A stretch of DNA of 63,989 nucleotides from Paraspadella gotoi (GCA_051294375.1 CM119270.1:19665741-19729729); one strand, 5' to 3'; positions 30,337 through 43,229 are shown, counted from the first letter of the stretch. A program made the numbers and translations. Notes: generated by a model from the sequence alone, not told the origin.

Positions 30337-31185
30337 TCCCTAGTTTCCATTCAAAATTTGAAAGGTGATTGACCCAATTTTTTATGTTTTGATGGAACCG
30401 AGAGAGGAAGAATTTCCACAACGAAATCTGAGAAGATTGATTCGTTGCCAAAAAAAAAAAAAAATATTAGATGAATGTCTGTATCTCTTCTGGTCTGTCT
30501 GTCTGCCTCTCTCTCCGTCTGTCTGTTTTTATTTTGACAGTATTTTAATGTCTGCACTTTGCACACTTCTCTTTTCTTACAGTAAACGGTTCTCTGTTTA
30601 CAAAGTCCTCGCTGTACTTACATCTTCGTAAGTGGTTATCGATCTTTCGCCTTCGAAACTTTTCCACTTTTTTTTGGTTTCCTTGACAACGAATCGATTT
30701 TCGTTTTTTAGTGAAAAGAAAACGTGAATTTTTTTTTGGAAAAAGTGAATTTTTTTTAATTTTTTAAAAATAAAAAGATAAAAATGATCGAAAATGGAGA
30801 CTAAATTTGTTTGTTTTTTTCTGCATTTTTTTTGTTCGAAAATTTTTTGTATTGAAAAAAAAATTAGACAAAAACGATTTTTCTTATTGTTGTAAAATTT
30901 TATGGTTTCTTCCGTCGTTTTGATTTCTGATTTTCTGATTTTATTATTATTTTTACTATCATTTATCATTAGTTATTTCTATTTATCAGTATTATATTAT
31001 AACATAAAGAATTGCAAGATTACTTGTTTTACTAAATTAGAATAAATAAAACTAAATTTTAAAAAGAATATAAAAGTTGAAATATATTTCATACAAGTAT
31101 TGAAATAAATTAATTATTTCATAATTCATATTCAATAAAGTATTTAATTAATTAATAATGTATTTAATTTTCATCTCTATTTCAG

Positions 31186-31808
31186 ATTTTTCCCTTCGAG
31201 GATGGAATCGCCCTCAACTCACCCAAACTTCGGCGCCGGCGGAACTAAACTCGGTGATTTGCCGGGATTCGAACCGGGAACTTTCTCGCCCCCTCATTCC
31301 CTCCACAGCTACGACAATTCTCCCGAGCCGACGAGGCGTTCCACCCCAGAAGCCCGTCGATCCCCGCTTCCGCCGCTGCCCACTTTCGATCATCCTCACC
31401 CGAAGCCGCCCTCCGCCCTCGATCCTCTTCCGCCGCAGCCGCCCTTCGCCGCAGCCACTGCAGCGCCGCCTCTTCCTCCCACCGTCGTCCCCGGCGCCGT
31501 CAGATCCTCCAGCGAACGACAGAGCCGCGATTTCTCGACGACGCCGGAGGATAAGCCGGAACCGGCGATGCGCGCCGTGCCGGAAGCACCGAGAAAGGGC
31601 GCCGAGCCGGGAGCGGCGAGAAACAACGCTGAATCAGAAGCGCCGAGAAAGGGCGCCAGAATGGAACCGCCGGGAAAGAGCCCCGGTTCCGTTAAATCTG
31701 GCGTCAAAGCGGCCGAAAGAAAAACCGTGGCGCCGAAATCAGAGAAAGAGAATGGAATGATGACGCCGGCTTGGAGTCGGAGAAAGTCATCTTCAGTTGA
31801 TGAGGAGG
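31186..31808 (+). CDS. Large Pro/Ser/Ala-rich exon (ATG at 31202, ~202 codons), likely N-terminal cytoplasmic region
   Basis: GC-rich island in AT-rich DNA, acceptor tatttcag|, uninterrupted frame MESPSTHPNFG...RRKSSSVDEEG, donor G|gtaagt. Confidence 0.7.
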
Positions 31809-32496
31809 GTAAGTTAGTCTCTCTCTCTCNNNNNNNNNNNNNNNNNNNNNNNNNNNNNNNNNNNNNNNNNNNNNNNNNNNNNNNNNNNNNNNNNNNNNNN
31901 NNNNNNNNNNNNNNNNNNNNNNNNNNNNNNNNNNNNNNNNNNNNNNNNNNNNNNNNNNNNNNNNNNNNNNNNNNNNNNNNNNNNNNNNNNNNNNNNNNNN
32001 NNNNNNNNNNNNNNNNNNNNNNNNNNNNNNNNNNNTACAATTACCTTGATTTTTTTTCAGAAAAACAAACTTTCTGCAGCATCATCACTTACATCAACAC
32101 CAGAGCTGGAATTCTCAAAATTCTTCAAACGGTAACTATGAATTAAAATATTCTGTAGAAATATTAAAATATTTAATGACTTAAAACTAATGACAATTGT
32201 ACAATGTACATTGCGTCGATAAGTGAGGTTAATCTCACGCGTCTTGTTTCATATTCTCGTTGCAATATTTTTTTTTCTTTCGATCACGTAACCATCTCGG
32301 TTTTTCTTTCACGTGATCAAAATTTTTGGTGATTCGAGCCCGGGGCTGTCTGTCGGTCTGTCTGTCTTTCTGTTTGTCTGTCAGTCAAGATTGCTTAAAA
32401 AAATGTAAATTGTCAAAAGGTGCGTTGACTAATTAGTATTTATATTTTATTGGATTGAAATACGATCGTGCAAAGGCGCATCTACAAGAGACAGAC

Positions 32497-32549
<53 letters not shown>

Positions 32550-34168
32550 TCTGTCTGTGTCGTGGAGAGGAGAGGCCATTAGCGCCGCCAAACGGTCACG
32601 CCTCAGTTCACATCGTCTTCTCCCTCAAAATTGTCCTTTTTTTTCGAGGAGGGACAGTTAGGGTCAGGAGAGGGAGACGGAAAGAGGGAGAGGGAGAGAG
32701 AGATGGAGACTGAGAGAGAAAGAGACAGAGAGACGGAATGTGAGAGAAAGAGACAGAGACAGAGACAGAGACAGAGACAGAGACAAAGAGAGGGAAAGAG
32801 TCTTCATCCTCGTTTGGCCAATCAAGGTTACATGAAAGGAGATCGTTGAGCCGTTGAGATGATTGAGTGAATGAGTGATTATGTGATTGAGTTATTACGT
32901 GATTTACTGAGTGATTGAGTGATTAAGTGATTGAGTGATTGAGTGATTATGTGATTTACTGAGTGNNNNNNNNNNNNNNNNNNNNNNNNNNNNNNNNNNN
33001 NNNNNNNNNNNNNNNNNNNNNNNNNNNNNNNNNNNNNNNNNNNNNNNNNNNNNNNNNNNNNNNNNNNNNNNNNNNNNNNNNNNNNNNNNNNNNNNNNNNN
33101 NNNNNNNNNNNNNNNNNNNNNNNNNNNNNNNNNNNNNNNNNNNNNNNNNNNNNGAGTGATTATGTGATTTACTGAGTGATTGAGTGATTGAGTAATGACG
33201 TGATTGAAACATTGATCGATTAAATAATATAGAGATTTGGGCCGAAGGACGAATCAAATTATCGTGTGGGAAGCGAAAAAGTTAAATTTATCCTAAATAT
33301 CAAATTACGATGTGTTGGATTTAATTATGTATGAAGAGAGAAAAAATTATTTAGAATTTTTTGATGAGCTCGATAATCATTAATTACTTATGATTAATAA
33401 AAAAAGAGCTCATTAATAATTTCTCAGAGTTAGCCTCGAATTTAAATACATTTTTGTTCTTGGAAATCGAGACTGTAATGTCTCATATCAGAAATAGAAA
33501 GGACATCGAGAGCATTTGACCAATCTCCATCAAACCGACGATTGGGATCGAAAACGAGGCTTGAGCCTCGACTCAAGATTTCCTTTATTACTCTCTTCCT
33601 TTTCGCCCTCTTTCTTCAACTTCTTTTATTAATTTTTTTCTTTTAACCATTATCCCTTCTATACTTCTCTCACTTTCCTTTCTTTTCCTTCTTTACTCTC
33701 TCTTCTCTTCTTATTTCCTATCTAATATCCGCTCGTGATTTGACGATGTATAGCGCCGTCGCCTTTCGTGGGTGAAGAGCGATGATTGGTCGAGTCGATG
33801 TGGAGGTGAGTGAAGCGAGGTAAGTACTTGATGAGAGGAGGGTGGGTAAGGCGGGAGAGATCGAAGAAGTGAGGGCGGGCCCGTGTAATGACGCCGCCCG
33901 GGTCAGGAAAGCGAATATGCAAATGAATTGGCGTTCTCTTTGGCGCCGTCGGAGGAGACCCCGAGTCGAAAACGNNNNNNNNNNNNNNNNNNNNNNNNNN
34001 NNNNNNNNNNNNNNNNNNNNNNNNNNNNNNNNNNNNNNNNNNNNNNNNNNNNNNNNNNNNNNNNNNNNNNNNNNNNNNNNNNNNNNNNNNNNNNNNNNNN
34101 NNNNNNNNNNNNNNNNNNNNNNNNNNNNNNNNNNNNGAGAGAGAAGGATAGGGTTTCTAAGGGCGTCA

Positions 34169-34450
34169 TTAGTCCTTTGTTGTTGTTGTTGTTGTCGACG
34201 GAGGCCGACTTTCCCTTGGAGGAAGAGGAGGAGGAGGAGGCGCCCGCGACGGCCGCCTGGAGCCAAGGCTATGAGCTTCGTGACCCCGGAGTGACCCCGA
34301 TGGCACGGCCTGGGTCTTTATGTCCATCGGAAAAGGGGTGTGCCTTGAAAGGATTGCGGATTCAGAAAATGAACTCTCATTCATTATCATCATCGGCTGT
34401 TTTTTTTATCTTCAAAAACTTTTATACCGACGTTACTAACATCGAATGTT
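34169..34450 (-). CDS. Candidate terminal exon, Pro/Thr-rich (..SLRGHEAHSLGSRRPSRAPPPPPLPPRESRPPSTTTTTTKD*); noisy copy ~19700-19990
   Basis: 74-aa ORF with stop at 34169; extends to an acceptor at 34450 if one A is added in an A8 run. Confidence 0.3.
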
Positions 34451-34550
34451 CTATAATTTCATTATTTCAGTATTCATATCTCATATTACCGCAAAAACTG
34501 AAATTCTCTTGATCAAATCAAATCCCTCTCGCTCTCATCTTCTCTCTCTC

Positions 34551-34581
<31 letters not shown>

Positions 34582-34589
34582 GCTCTCTC

Positions 34590-34639
<50 letters not shown>

Positions 34640-35277
34640 GATTAACCCATATGAGATGCGTAAAAAATACAAACTTCGTTGTCATCCACCTTAAATTTCT
34701 CGCAACCCAAAGATTTTAAGCTTACCACAGCCAAACTAACTATCTGCCGCCACCGTACGATTTACCCACAGCTGCTTCGAGGAATGATTTACCCACAGTC
34801 GCGCCGGCCTACTGATTTTACCCCAGCTGCTTTTGCAGTTTGGAAAGAAAAATCGCGAATCGATTCCCCAGAGGATTTTTCGTTTTTTGCGGGGGGCGGG
34901 CGGTGGGTTAGGGGGTAGGGTGAGGTTAGGGGGAGAGAGAGAGAAAGCGGGGAACGGGCAGAAAGTGAAGCGATAGAAAACTGCGCGCGTTTGAAAAATG
35001 TTTTGGTAAGGAATGTGTTCCCCAGCGGAAGAGCGCGTTTGGCGACCGACTGCGAGGTTTTCATCGAAAAAAATGTCATGGTAAGGATTTGAACATGGCA
35101 ACATATGTGAAATCTGTTAGAAAAGGTACGGGTTACTGCCAGGTAATATTATTATCTCAACTACTATTGTTATTAATTTTTTTAAAACAAGTGACTTTGC
35201 CGAATTTGCAGTTTACCAATACCGCGATTATTTTCTTTGTGATGTGAACTTTTCTGATAGATACACTTGTGAATCAA

Positions 35278-35493
35278 CGATTGTACTTTTGTGATAAAGA
35301 CTTCCTTTTGTGAGAGAGTGATTGTACTTTTTTGATAAAGACTTCTTTTTGTGAAAGAGTGATTGTACTTTTGTGATAAAGACTTCCTTTTGTGAGAGAG
35401 CGATTGTACTTTTGTGATAAAGACTTCCTTTTGTGAGAGAGCGATGGTATTTTTGTGATAAAGACTTCCTTTTGTGAGAGAGCGATTGTACTT
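35278..35493 (+). repeat. 41-bp minisatellite x ~5 (TTGTACTTTTGTGATAAAGACTTCCTTTTGTGAGAGAGYGA); copy at ~20830-21052
   Basis: Unit starts at 35281, 35322, 35363, 35404, 35445, 35486. Confidence 0.9.
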
Positions 35494-36694
35494 CAGTGAC
35501 ACAGGCGCCGCGAGGGTTCACGCGTCGACGATCGGAGAGAGAAATACGAGACGGGGTCGCGGTCGTCGTTGTTGTTGTTGTCGTTGTTGTTTTTAAAGTC
35601 ATCGTCGTTGTCGTCGTCGTTTTAGTTTGACCGAGGGAAAGATTTAAACATTTTAAAGCGACCATCTCCCATATATCATCAATCCTTATTGTTATTTTGA
35701 GTCAACGAGTAGATCAGCGAAAAAACTCACTCATCATCGTCGTCGTCGTCATTGTCGTCGTCGTCGTTAAGAAATCACACCTCACAGTTTCACTTTCAAG
35801 CGTCAATGTTTTCACTGTCGTCGTCGGGTTTGTAATCATTGTCATCGCCGTCGTCGCTGTCATAGTTCTATCATTTCCTCCTCCCCTTCCACCTTTACCC
35901 CTTTTCTCTTTTCCACTGATATTCCCTTCCTTTCCTCTCTCCCTTTCTCCCCACTCCTCTTCCTTCCCTCTTTCCCTCTCCCTCTCTCCCCCTCCCTCCC
36001 CCTTTCTCCCCCCCGCCCCCCTTTCTAGCACCCGACGAGGGGGAGAAACCAAATTTCTGGCACAAAAGACTCCGACGTCTTTTGTCATGGAAATTGTTGG
36101 ATCCCTGGTTGAGGCGAAGCGCCGTCCTGTCGGAGAACGACGGAGACTAGAAAAAAAACCCGATGCTCTTTTTTTTTTCACTCAGTTGTGCGCGCGAATT
36201 TTCTTTTCTTTACTAGATGGCGCATTTCGGTGAAAGGCAGAGCCAGATATTTTTTCGTAAACGCGTATAGTTATTGTTTATTAATTACATATATATATAT
36301 CATTAAATATATCATTAATATATTGCGATATTCATATGAGTTCATTAGAGTTTCATGTTGGCTTTGTAATATTATTAGAAGAATTCTGTTTCAAGGATTG
36401 CCTTAGGAAAACTGTTACTCCTAACATTTTTAATTAAAATTTATCCCAAAACGAAAAAAAAAGCAAAACTTTTATAGCTTGAGTAAAATTTTTGTCTCTG
36501 GCAAAGACAAAAAAAATTCAAATTTTCCCGCGATTTTTTTTCAAAGATTTTTTTACCAGAAAATCTCTTTAACTTTCGCGGTTTTTTAATCCCCGTCTTT
36601 CATTCAAATTCATCTTTTGTTCATCTCATCGTTTAACTTTTTAAGGTTTTTATCTTTTCTCGCGGACGACGGAAAAATAGCGGGAAAAAAGTTA

Positions 36695-36788
36695 ACTAAA
36701 AACTAAAAACTAAAAACTAAAAACTAAAAACTAAAAACTAAAAACTAAAAACTAAAAACTAAAAACTAAAAACTAAAAACTAAAAACT
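36695..36788 (+). repeat. (AAAAACT)n heptamer array; shorter copy at 22306-22351
   Basis: Visible tandem array. Confidence 0.9.
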
Positions 36789-39244
36789 GAAGACATTTTT
36801 GAACCATGATATAGTATAAAAATTATAAGAATTATAAGAATTTGGTTTGATTTGGCAACGGCCAAGTTTATTTACAAAAATAGTAAATATCGGAAAGAGC
36901 AAGCGATGAAGACTCTGTCTCTATCTCTGTCTCTATCTCAAGAGATGACGACTCTGTCTCTATCTTGGACAGATTTATAATTAATACTTTTCAATTCGCG
37001 GAGAAAGGAAAATGTATCCACGCCGGGTAATGAGATTATTTTTATCAAGCCATGACCGGCAAAGCCGGTTCAGGCTTTTTTTTTTGAAAGTATAACAATT
37101 TTTATATATTTTATTCTAAAATATTATGAGATATCTTCTATGACTTTAAAAAAATTATTTTTAATTTATTTTTTATAAAAATATTACTTGAATATTTTTG
37201 TATTTTTATATTCTGTTTCAAACAAAAATATGATCAAAAATAATTTTGTACTCGATAATCGAAATAGTTCAAAAGTATTAATATTATTGATAGCATTTGC
37301 GACCGAATTTTAAATTCAATGTAAATTAGCATTAAACAAATCCTTATGATTTATTATTTGAATTAAATTTTTTTCAAAAATCTTCATACTGATTATATAC
37401 AAAGAACGAGAGTCTGTCCAAATGCCGAATCCATGATCGCAAGAAATAGACTGAGCCTGAGCTCTACAACGAGGCAACGCAAACTTTACATCATGAACCG
37501 AGACGTTGACCTAACCAACTATTAAAACCTTCTTCTCTTTAATGGCATCTTTCTAGTATAAAAATATTGTTTAAAAAAAATTATATACGTCCGTTTGCTC
37601 TTTGCTTAATTCTTTGCTTTTAACTTTTTTTTAAATTTTGAGACCATTAGCAATTACTTTTCAAATTCACCGAATGCATAATATTTCCTTGTTTCTCGTT
37701 TTTAATTTAAAAAAAAAAAGACTGATGCTGAAAGTCAATCTACTTTTATAAAAAGAGCATCTGAGTTAACGTTAGCCAAGTCTGCTATTAAGCGCTGATG
37801 GAAGGAACATTCGACCAAAGGGGAGTAATATATACGTGAATAGCCATATTTAAAATTTCAGGAAATAAAACTTATATATTGATATATTATAAATACTTGC
37901 ATGTATGTAAAAGAAAAAGATTATTAATATGTTTAGGAAGGCATGCGATCATGTTAATGTATAATCGTATATTCTATAATTCAAAGTAAGAAACATAAAT
38001 TATATTCATACACACGTTAAGAACAAATTGACGAAAATGATCGCGGAGCAGAAAAAATGTATTCGAAGCGAAAAATATTTTTTTCTTATCAAAGTTTCAT
38101 CGAAATTGGATTTTTTTTCCGTTTTTTTTTAATTGGCGGCGTACTCCTCCTTTTGTGATGAGAAACGACATTAAAAATGTCATAATCTTCAAGGAATAAT
38201 AAGTTATTTAATGAATATTTGCAGAAAAAAGACGAAGAAACGCTAAAACACGTGGCATCGCAGGGAGCAGCCATGTTAAAAAGCGTTTTATCTGGCTCCA
38301 GATCGCGCATGATCAATTTCCTTTTTTTTTCGATCGAACGTCCTCGGTTAGATAACCTTATACACGAATTTTAAAATACGGCCCGGAATTGCGCTTCAAA
38401 GAACGCTTTTACCCGTACGAGAAACGGACTTCATTGTTTTGCATGAAATTATTATAAATAGACTAATTTATCCCGCGCTTACCTGAAACAGATATAAAAA
38501 CGAACAGTTTCTTTCGATGGTTTTTAGAACAAAAAAATATGAAAGCTTGACTATGCCAGTTTTCACCTAAAAAACCAGTTCGCAATTGATGCTTTATCAA
38601 AGCATTCAAGATTAAGAAATTAAACCTTTTTTTTTTTATCTTGCTAGAGAAGACAGTGCTATCCGAAACTGTACTGATATGTTATGATTTGTCTATTTTA
38701 CAAAAGATCTAGCAGGTTTTGGGAAAAGGGAAAAAACTGGCTGACCAGTCCATTAAATACCATTTTGTGGCATCGATAAAAATGGGATTTTCGATCGCGC
38801 TCCTAGACTCCGTTGGCTTCACAAGACGCCCACTTTCCAGAAATCTGCCATATGATATAATTTGTATTGGGGCCTTGACTATGCGTTTTGAATAGAAGTT
38901 AAATATAAAGGAATCTTGAATCGGCAGCTTCGATTCGAACGATGCGCAAGCCGCTATTTTTTCCCTAAAATTCTGATTATTCTTTATATATAACGAGAGA
39001 GACCTAATAATGGTTTCGTTGGGGCGGGACCGTCCAGCCTCTCTCTCTCTCTCCTCCTCTCTCTCTCTCTCTTCTTTCACTCATACACGATTTGTTTGTT
39101 TATTTACGAATGAATGTTCATCGCGTCCAATGAATGACTATCATCGCATCAATGAATGACTATCATCATGGCTTGATCCTTATGCTTTTAAGATTTTTCT
39201 TTTCATTTTCAACAATCGTTGTCTCTCCGCGTTTATCGTCTTCT

Positions 39245-39276
<32 letters not shown>

Positions 39277-39354
39277 CGTCGTCGTCGTCGTCGTCGTAAA
39301 CAACTATAAAATCGATTTCATTTTTTACTAATTATTGATTCGCTTTTGTTTTTA

Positions 39355-39411
39355 CGGTGATCGCATCGTCGCCCACTTGCGCGGGCCGGACGTTCAGCCA
39401 CCAACGCCGCT
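39355..39411 (+). CDS. Candidate small exon of the plus-strand membrane-protein gene
   Basis: GC-rich DRIVAHLRGPDV.. segment ending at G|gtaaag; acceptor AG not cleanly present. Confidence 0.25.
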
Positions 39412-39469
39412 GGTAAAGATTGAGGCGATACTAAATCGCCGATAGGGTTTCATCGTAAAAATCGTTCGT

Positions 39470-39640
39470 TTTCATTCATTCCTCCTTTCATTCATTCATT
39501 ATTCATTCCATTCATTCATTCATTCATTTATTCATTCATTCATTCATTCATCTCATTCATTTATTCTTAAAATCCGTAATTGATTTATTCATTCATTCAT
39601 TCATTCATTCATTCATTCATTATTCATTCATTCATTCATT
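39470..39640 (+). repeat. (ATTC)n microsatellite, two tracts
   Basis: Visible tandem array. Confidence 0.9.
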
Positions 39641-39962
39641 TAATCTTAAGTATTAAATAAATTTCTATATTTATTTATTTAAATTTATCTAAATTCCATT
39701 TATGTATTCATTTTGTTAATCTAGCTATCCCTAATTTTTTTACAGTTTTTTTAAATTCAATAATCACGTAAACATTTTATTAAATTAATAAATTACTACA
39801 CAGTTTGCCCAATTATCATTCAGGTCGGCGTCCCTGTATTTCTCGTCTTCGTGTTTCTTTGTTCTAGTATTAGGAGCAGCATTGTTTTTTGCATGTGGTG
39901 TTTGTCCCTTGTTCTTTTTTTTAGCTTCGCTCAAAATTCTCTCTTCTCTCTTCTCTTCTACG

Positions 39963-40000
39963 AATTTACGGAAGTCCGAGGAAAGGGGACTCACCTGCGG
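39963..40000 (+). CDS. Candidate small exon (..RGLTCG)
   Basis: Follows a pyrimidine tract and ends at TGC GG|gtaagt (phase 2), compatible with exon 40994-41038; 5' boundary uncertain and could extend to the acceptor near 39823. Confidence 0.3.
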
Positions 40001-40170
40001 GTAAGTCATACAGGGTAAAGGGTAGGAAAGATTTGGTCACTCACCCTGTTGGTAGCTCATAACAGGGTAAGGGTAGGAAAGATTTGCGGTCACTCATCGC
40101 TGTAGTAAGTCATACAGGTAAGGGTAGGAAAGATTGGGTCACTACCGTGTGGTAAGTCATTACAGGGTAA
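39990..40170 (+). repeat. ~50-bp minisatellite x ~3.5 (GTAAGTCATACAGGGTAAGGGTAGGAAAGATTGGGTCACTCACC..)
   Basis: Three to four noisy tandem units. Confidence 0.8.
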
Positions 40171-40718
40171 TGTTTGAGTAAGAAAAACGAGAGAAAAGAA
40201 AGGGAAAAACAAAAGGAAAAAAAAAGTCGAACTAAAATAAAAGGAAAGAGAATCTGCGAAAAAAGAAGGAAAAGAAAAGGGAAAAGAAAGGGAAAACAAA
40301 AGAAAAAGAAAGGGAAAAAGAAAGGAAAGAAAATGAAAGAGAGGAGAAAGGAGGGGTAGCGGATATCGAGAGACAGCAATTAAATCCAACTCGATTATCG
40401 GGATACGAATTATTCTCGACGAAAAAAAAGAGGAGAAAATTGGATAAAAAAAAAAAAAGAAAAAAATTGCGAAGCCGAACTGATTTTCTTTTTTCTTTTC
40501 TTCACCTTTTCTTTTTTTTTTCCTCTCTCGCAGTTTGTCAAAAAATATACAGCCGACGGGAACAAAAATAGGGGGGGAGTTGGGGGGGGGGGGATCTCCT
40601 GTTTAAAAAAGAAAATCAAAATGACGGCAAGCAGGTATTCAAAAAAAAAAAGAAAAAATTTCGGAGTTGACGGGTCGTTATAAAAAGAAGAAGGAACGAA
40701 CGTTAAAGGGTAGATTAG

Positions 40719-40772
<54 letters not shown>

Positions 40773-40993
40773 GAGAGAGAAGAGAGAGAGAGAGAGAAGA
40801 GAGAAAGAGAGAAATTCATCTTTAAACCCGCTCTGAGACTCTTTCTCTATCCGGATAACGCTTCTCTTCTCTCTCTCTCTCCTCTATCTCTCCTGTCTCT
40901 CTCTCTCTCCTTCTCTCTCCTCTCTCTCATCTCTCTCTCTCTTTTAACCTATCTCTTTATTTTCTCCCACGTCTTCTCACCGTTTCTCCCAAG

Positions 40994-41038
40994 CTGCTTT
41001 CCGGGCGGCATAGGCAAGCAACAATGTCAGACGCCGGA
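40994..41038 (+). CDS. 45-nt exon (CFPGGIGKQQCQTP)
   Basis: CT tract + cccaag| acceptor, |gtaagt donor; phase 2 to phase 2. Confidence 0.45.
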
Positions 41039-41047
41039 GTAAGTCGA

Positions 41048-41091
<44 letters not shown>

Positions 41092-41744
41092 ATCTCTCTC
41101 TCTCTCTCTCTCTCTTTTCTCTGTTACCGTTATTTTGGCGCGTAGTTTTGACGTGACAACGATATAATTTCTTTCACGGTTTCACAGCTTCGAACTTTTG
41201 TTTCAGTTTTCGCTTTTCACAACGATATTTAGTTTTTAACTACTTGTAACAATATTTTTTTTTTCGATGTGATTTTTTTTTTAGATTCACTATCTTCGGT
41301 TTAATTTTTTGTTTTGTTTCGAAAATGTTTTGTTTTTCGTTTCAAAATGATTTTTTTTCCACGTGGAGACTTCCGTCGTTCTCTCGCTCTCTCGATGCTT
41401 TCTGCCCATCATCAATCTTTTTTTTTCCTTCCGCTTTTCCCTTTTCTCCGCCACAATTGCGAGAGAGGAGCAAGAGAGACTGGACTGAGGCAACGCCGCG
41501 TCATAAATGGTCTTTCTCTCCTATCCGTTCACCATGGCAACCGTCAGCCACGTTTTCATGTCACTCAATATCATTTCCTTTCCAATTTCTCCAAATCAAT
41601 TCGTCTACTGACTCTCTTGCTTATTACCTCTCATAATCTATCCATCTTTACTCCCACAAGCTTAACCACATTCACCCACACCCCACATGACCCACTTAAT
41701 CCTTTTCATTAACCTTCTCTCTCTCTCTCCTCCCTCTCTCCTCG

Positions 41745-41784
<40 letters not shown>

Positions 41785-41812
41785 CTCTCCTCTCTCCCCT
41801 TCCTCTGCACAG

Positions 41813-41925
41813 GACTGGTCTACAACGCTGTCTCATCATACTCGTCTTCATCGCTGCCTTTTTGTTTTTGCTGACCGCGCATCGACTCCTCGATTCCCTG
41901 GTTGGGCGTCGTCGTCGCCACCGTC
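41813..41925 (+). CDS. Exon encoding a transmembrane anchor (TGLQRCLIILVFIAAFLFLLT) of a type II membrane protein
   Basis: ctctgcacag| acceptor after a CT tract, |gtaagt donor; hydrophobic run preceded by TxLxR, reminiscent of M13 neprilysin/ECE-like anchors. Confidence 0.5.
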
Positions 41926-42916
41926 GTAAGTTTCAAACAGTAGACGATGTTATTTTTGTTTTTTCTTTATATTTTTGACTCAAAGTACAAAAAAAACGCA
42001 NNNNNNNNNNNNNNNNNNNNNNNNNTGATATTCATTCGGGTGGCTTCTTTTGACGTAGTCGTCGTCCGTTCGTCGTGTCCGTCACGCTGTTTTTCCATAT
42101 AAAAACTACTACGCTTTATAAGGTTGGCTGTGACTTACCGTTTTTTTTTAAAATAAAAATTATTATGAATTTATGAAAAGTTTTACAAAAGTGTGGATTC
42201 ATAGTAAGTTTAAAAAGTTTAGATTATGCTGTTCTCCATCTTGAGAATAGCTTTGATATTTTCTATTACATTTGAATTTAAGTATTTTTTGTTTGAATTT
42301 CCAACTTCATGAGTAATTGTACTGCCAATATGCCAAATAAGATTATATTACTCATTTATTTCATATCCAAATTAGTATATAGAAATGCTTTAAATCTAAT
42401 TTACATTATTGCGGTCAGATATAATATTGAAGATGAAATTCAAAAAATTTATTTTAAATCTCATTTAATAAAAAATGGAAACTACAAAATAACTTTTTAT
42501 GAGGAAGCTTATATCTTAATTTTAATACAATATAAAAATAAAATCTTTTACAAGCTGCGATTGGAAAAAATTTGGGAAAAATTTCAAATTGTAACCATTG
42601 TAACATTTTTTGCCTTTCTTTTATTTATTTTTATTCTTTTTATTTCAGAAAAACGAGTTCAGTTTCGGTGCACTGACTGTACAGCGGCCTTCAACAGCTG
42701 TCCAGCTTTGTCTCTCTTTCTCTCTCTTTCTCTCTCTTCTTTCTTTCTCTTTCTGTTTCTTTCTTCTCTTTTCGATCTTGTTGCCTGATTCGTTCTTTTT
42801 GAAAAAATTATGATTATTTTTCTTTCTTTTATGTATATACTCTCTTTTCGTTAGTTTTGAGGTATTAGGAAAACAGTTATTGTTGACACACGATTTTTAG
42901 TGACACAATTTTTTAG

Positions 42917-42963
42917 TCAGACATGTTTCGGCATCTTTTCACTAGAGCCATATCATCAGTGTT
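42917..42963 (-). ncRNA. Hammerhead ribozyme, duplicate-assembly copy of 23537-23580 (noisy)
   Basis: Minus strand ACACUGAUGAUAUGGCUCUAGUGAAAAGAUGCCGAAACAUGUCUG; same motif with read-type indels. Confidence 0.7.
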
Positions 42964-43229
42964 TGACAATCAATATTTTGTCTCTGTTGAAGTAAGTTTA
43001 ATTGAAAGAGAGAAAGAGGGAGAGAAGAAGAGAGAGAAAAATTGAGGGAGAATTTCCAACAAAAGATAAGGTAAGGGACATTGGTCAGAGATGTGAGACG
43101 CTGAAAGGTGAGGAGAGGGAAGAAGTAAGCTTTTGGAAAAATGAAAATGAGGAGTGCGGGAGAGGAGAGAGATGGAGAGAGCAAAGCAAAAACTATACTA
43201 TCAACAGAGACCAAAATATGATTGTCAAC

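Larger units (their letters stand above)
27730..37077 (+). repeat. Block C: cleaner gapped copy of 13235-22646
   Basis: Collinear throughout, including exon, satellites and the HINE hairpin; N gaps fall on microsatellites that are filled in the other copy. Confidence 0.95.
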
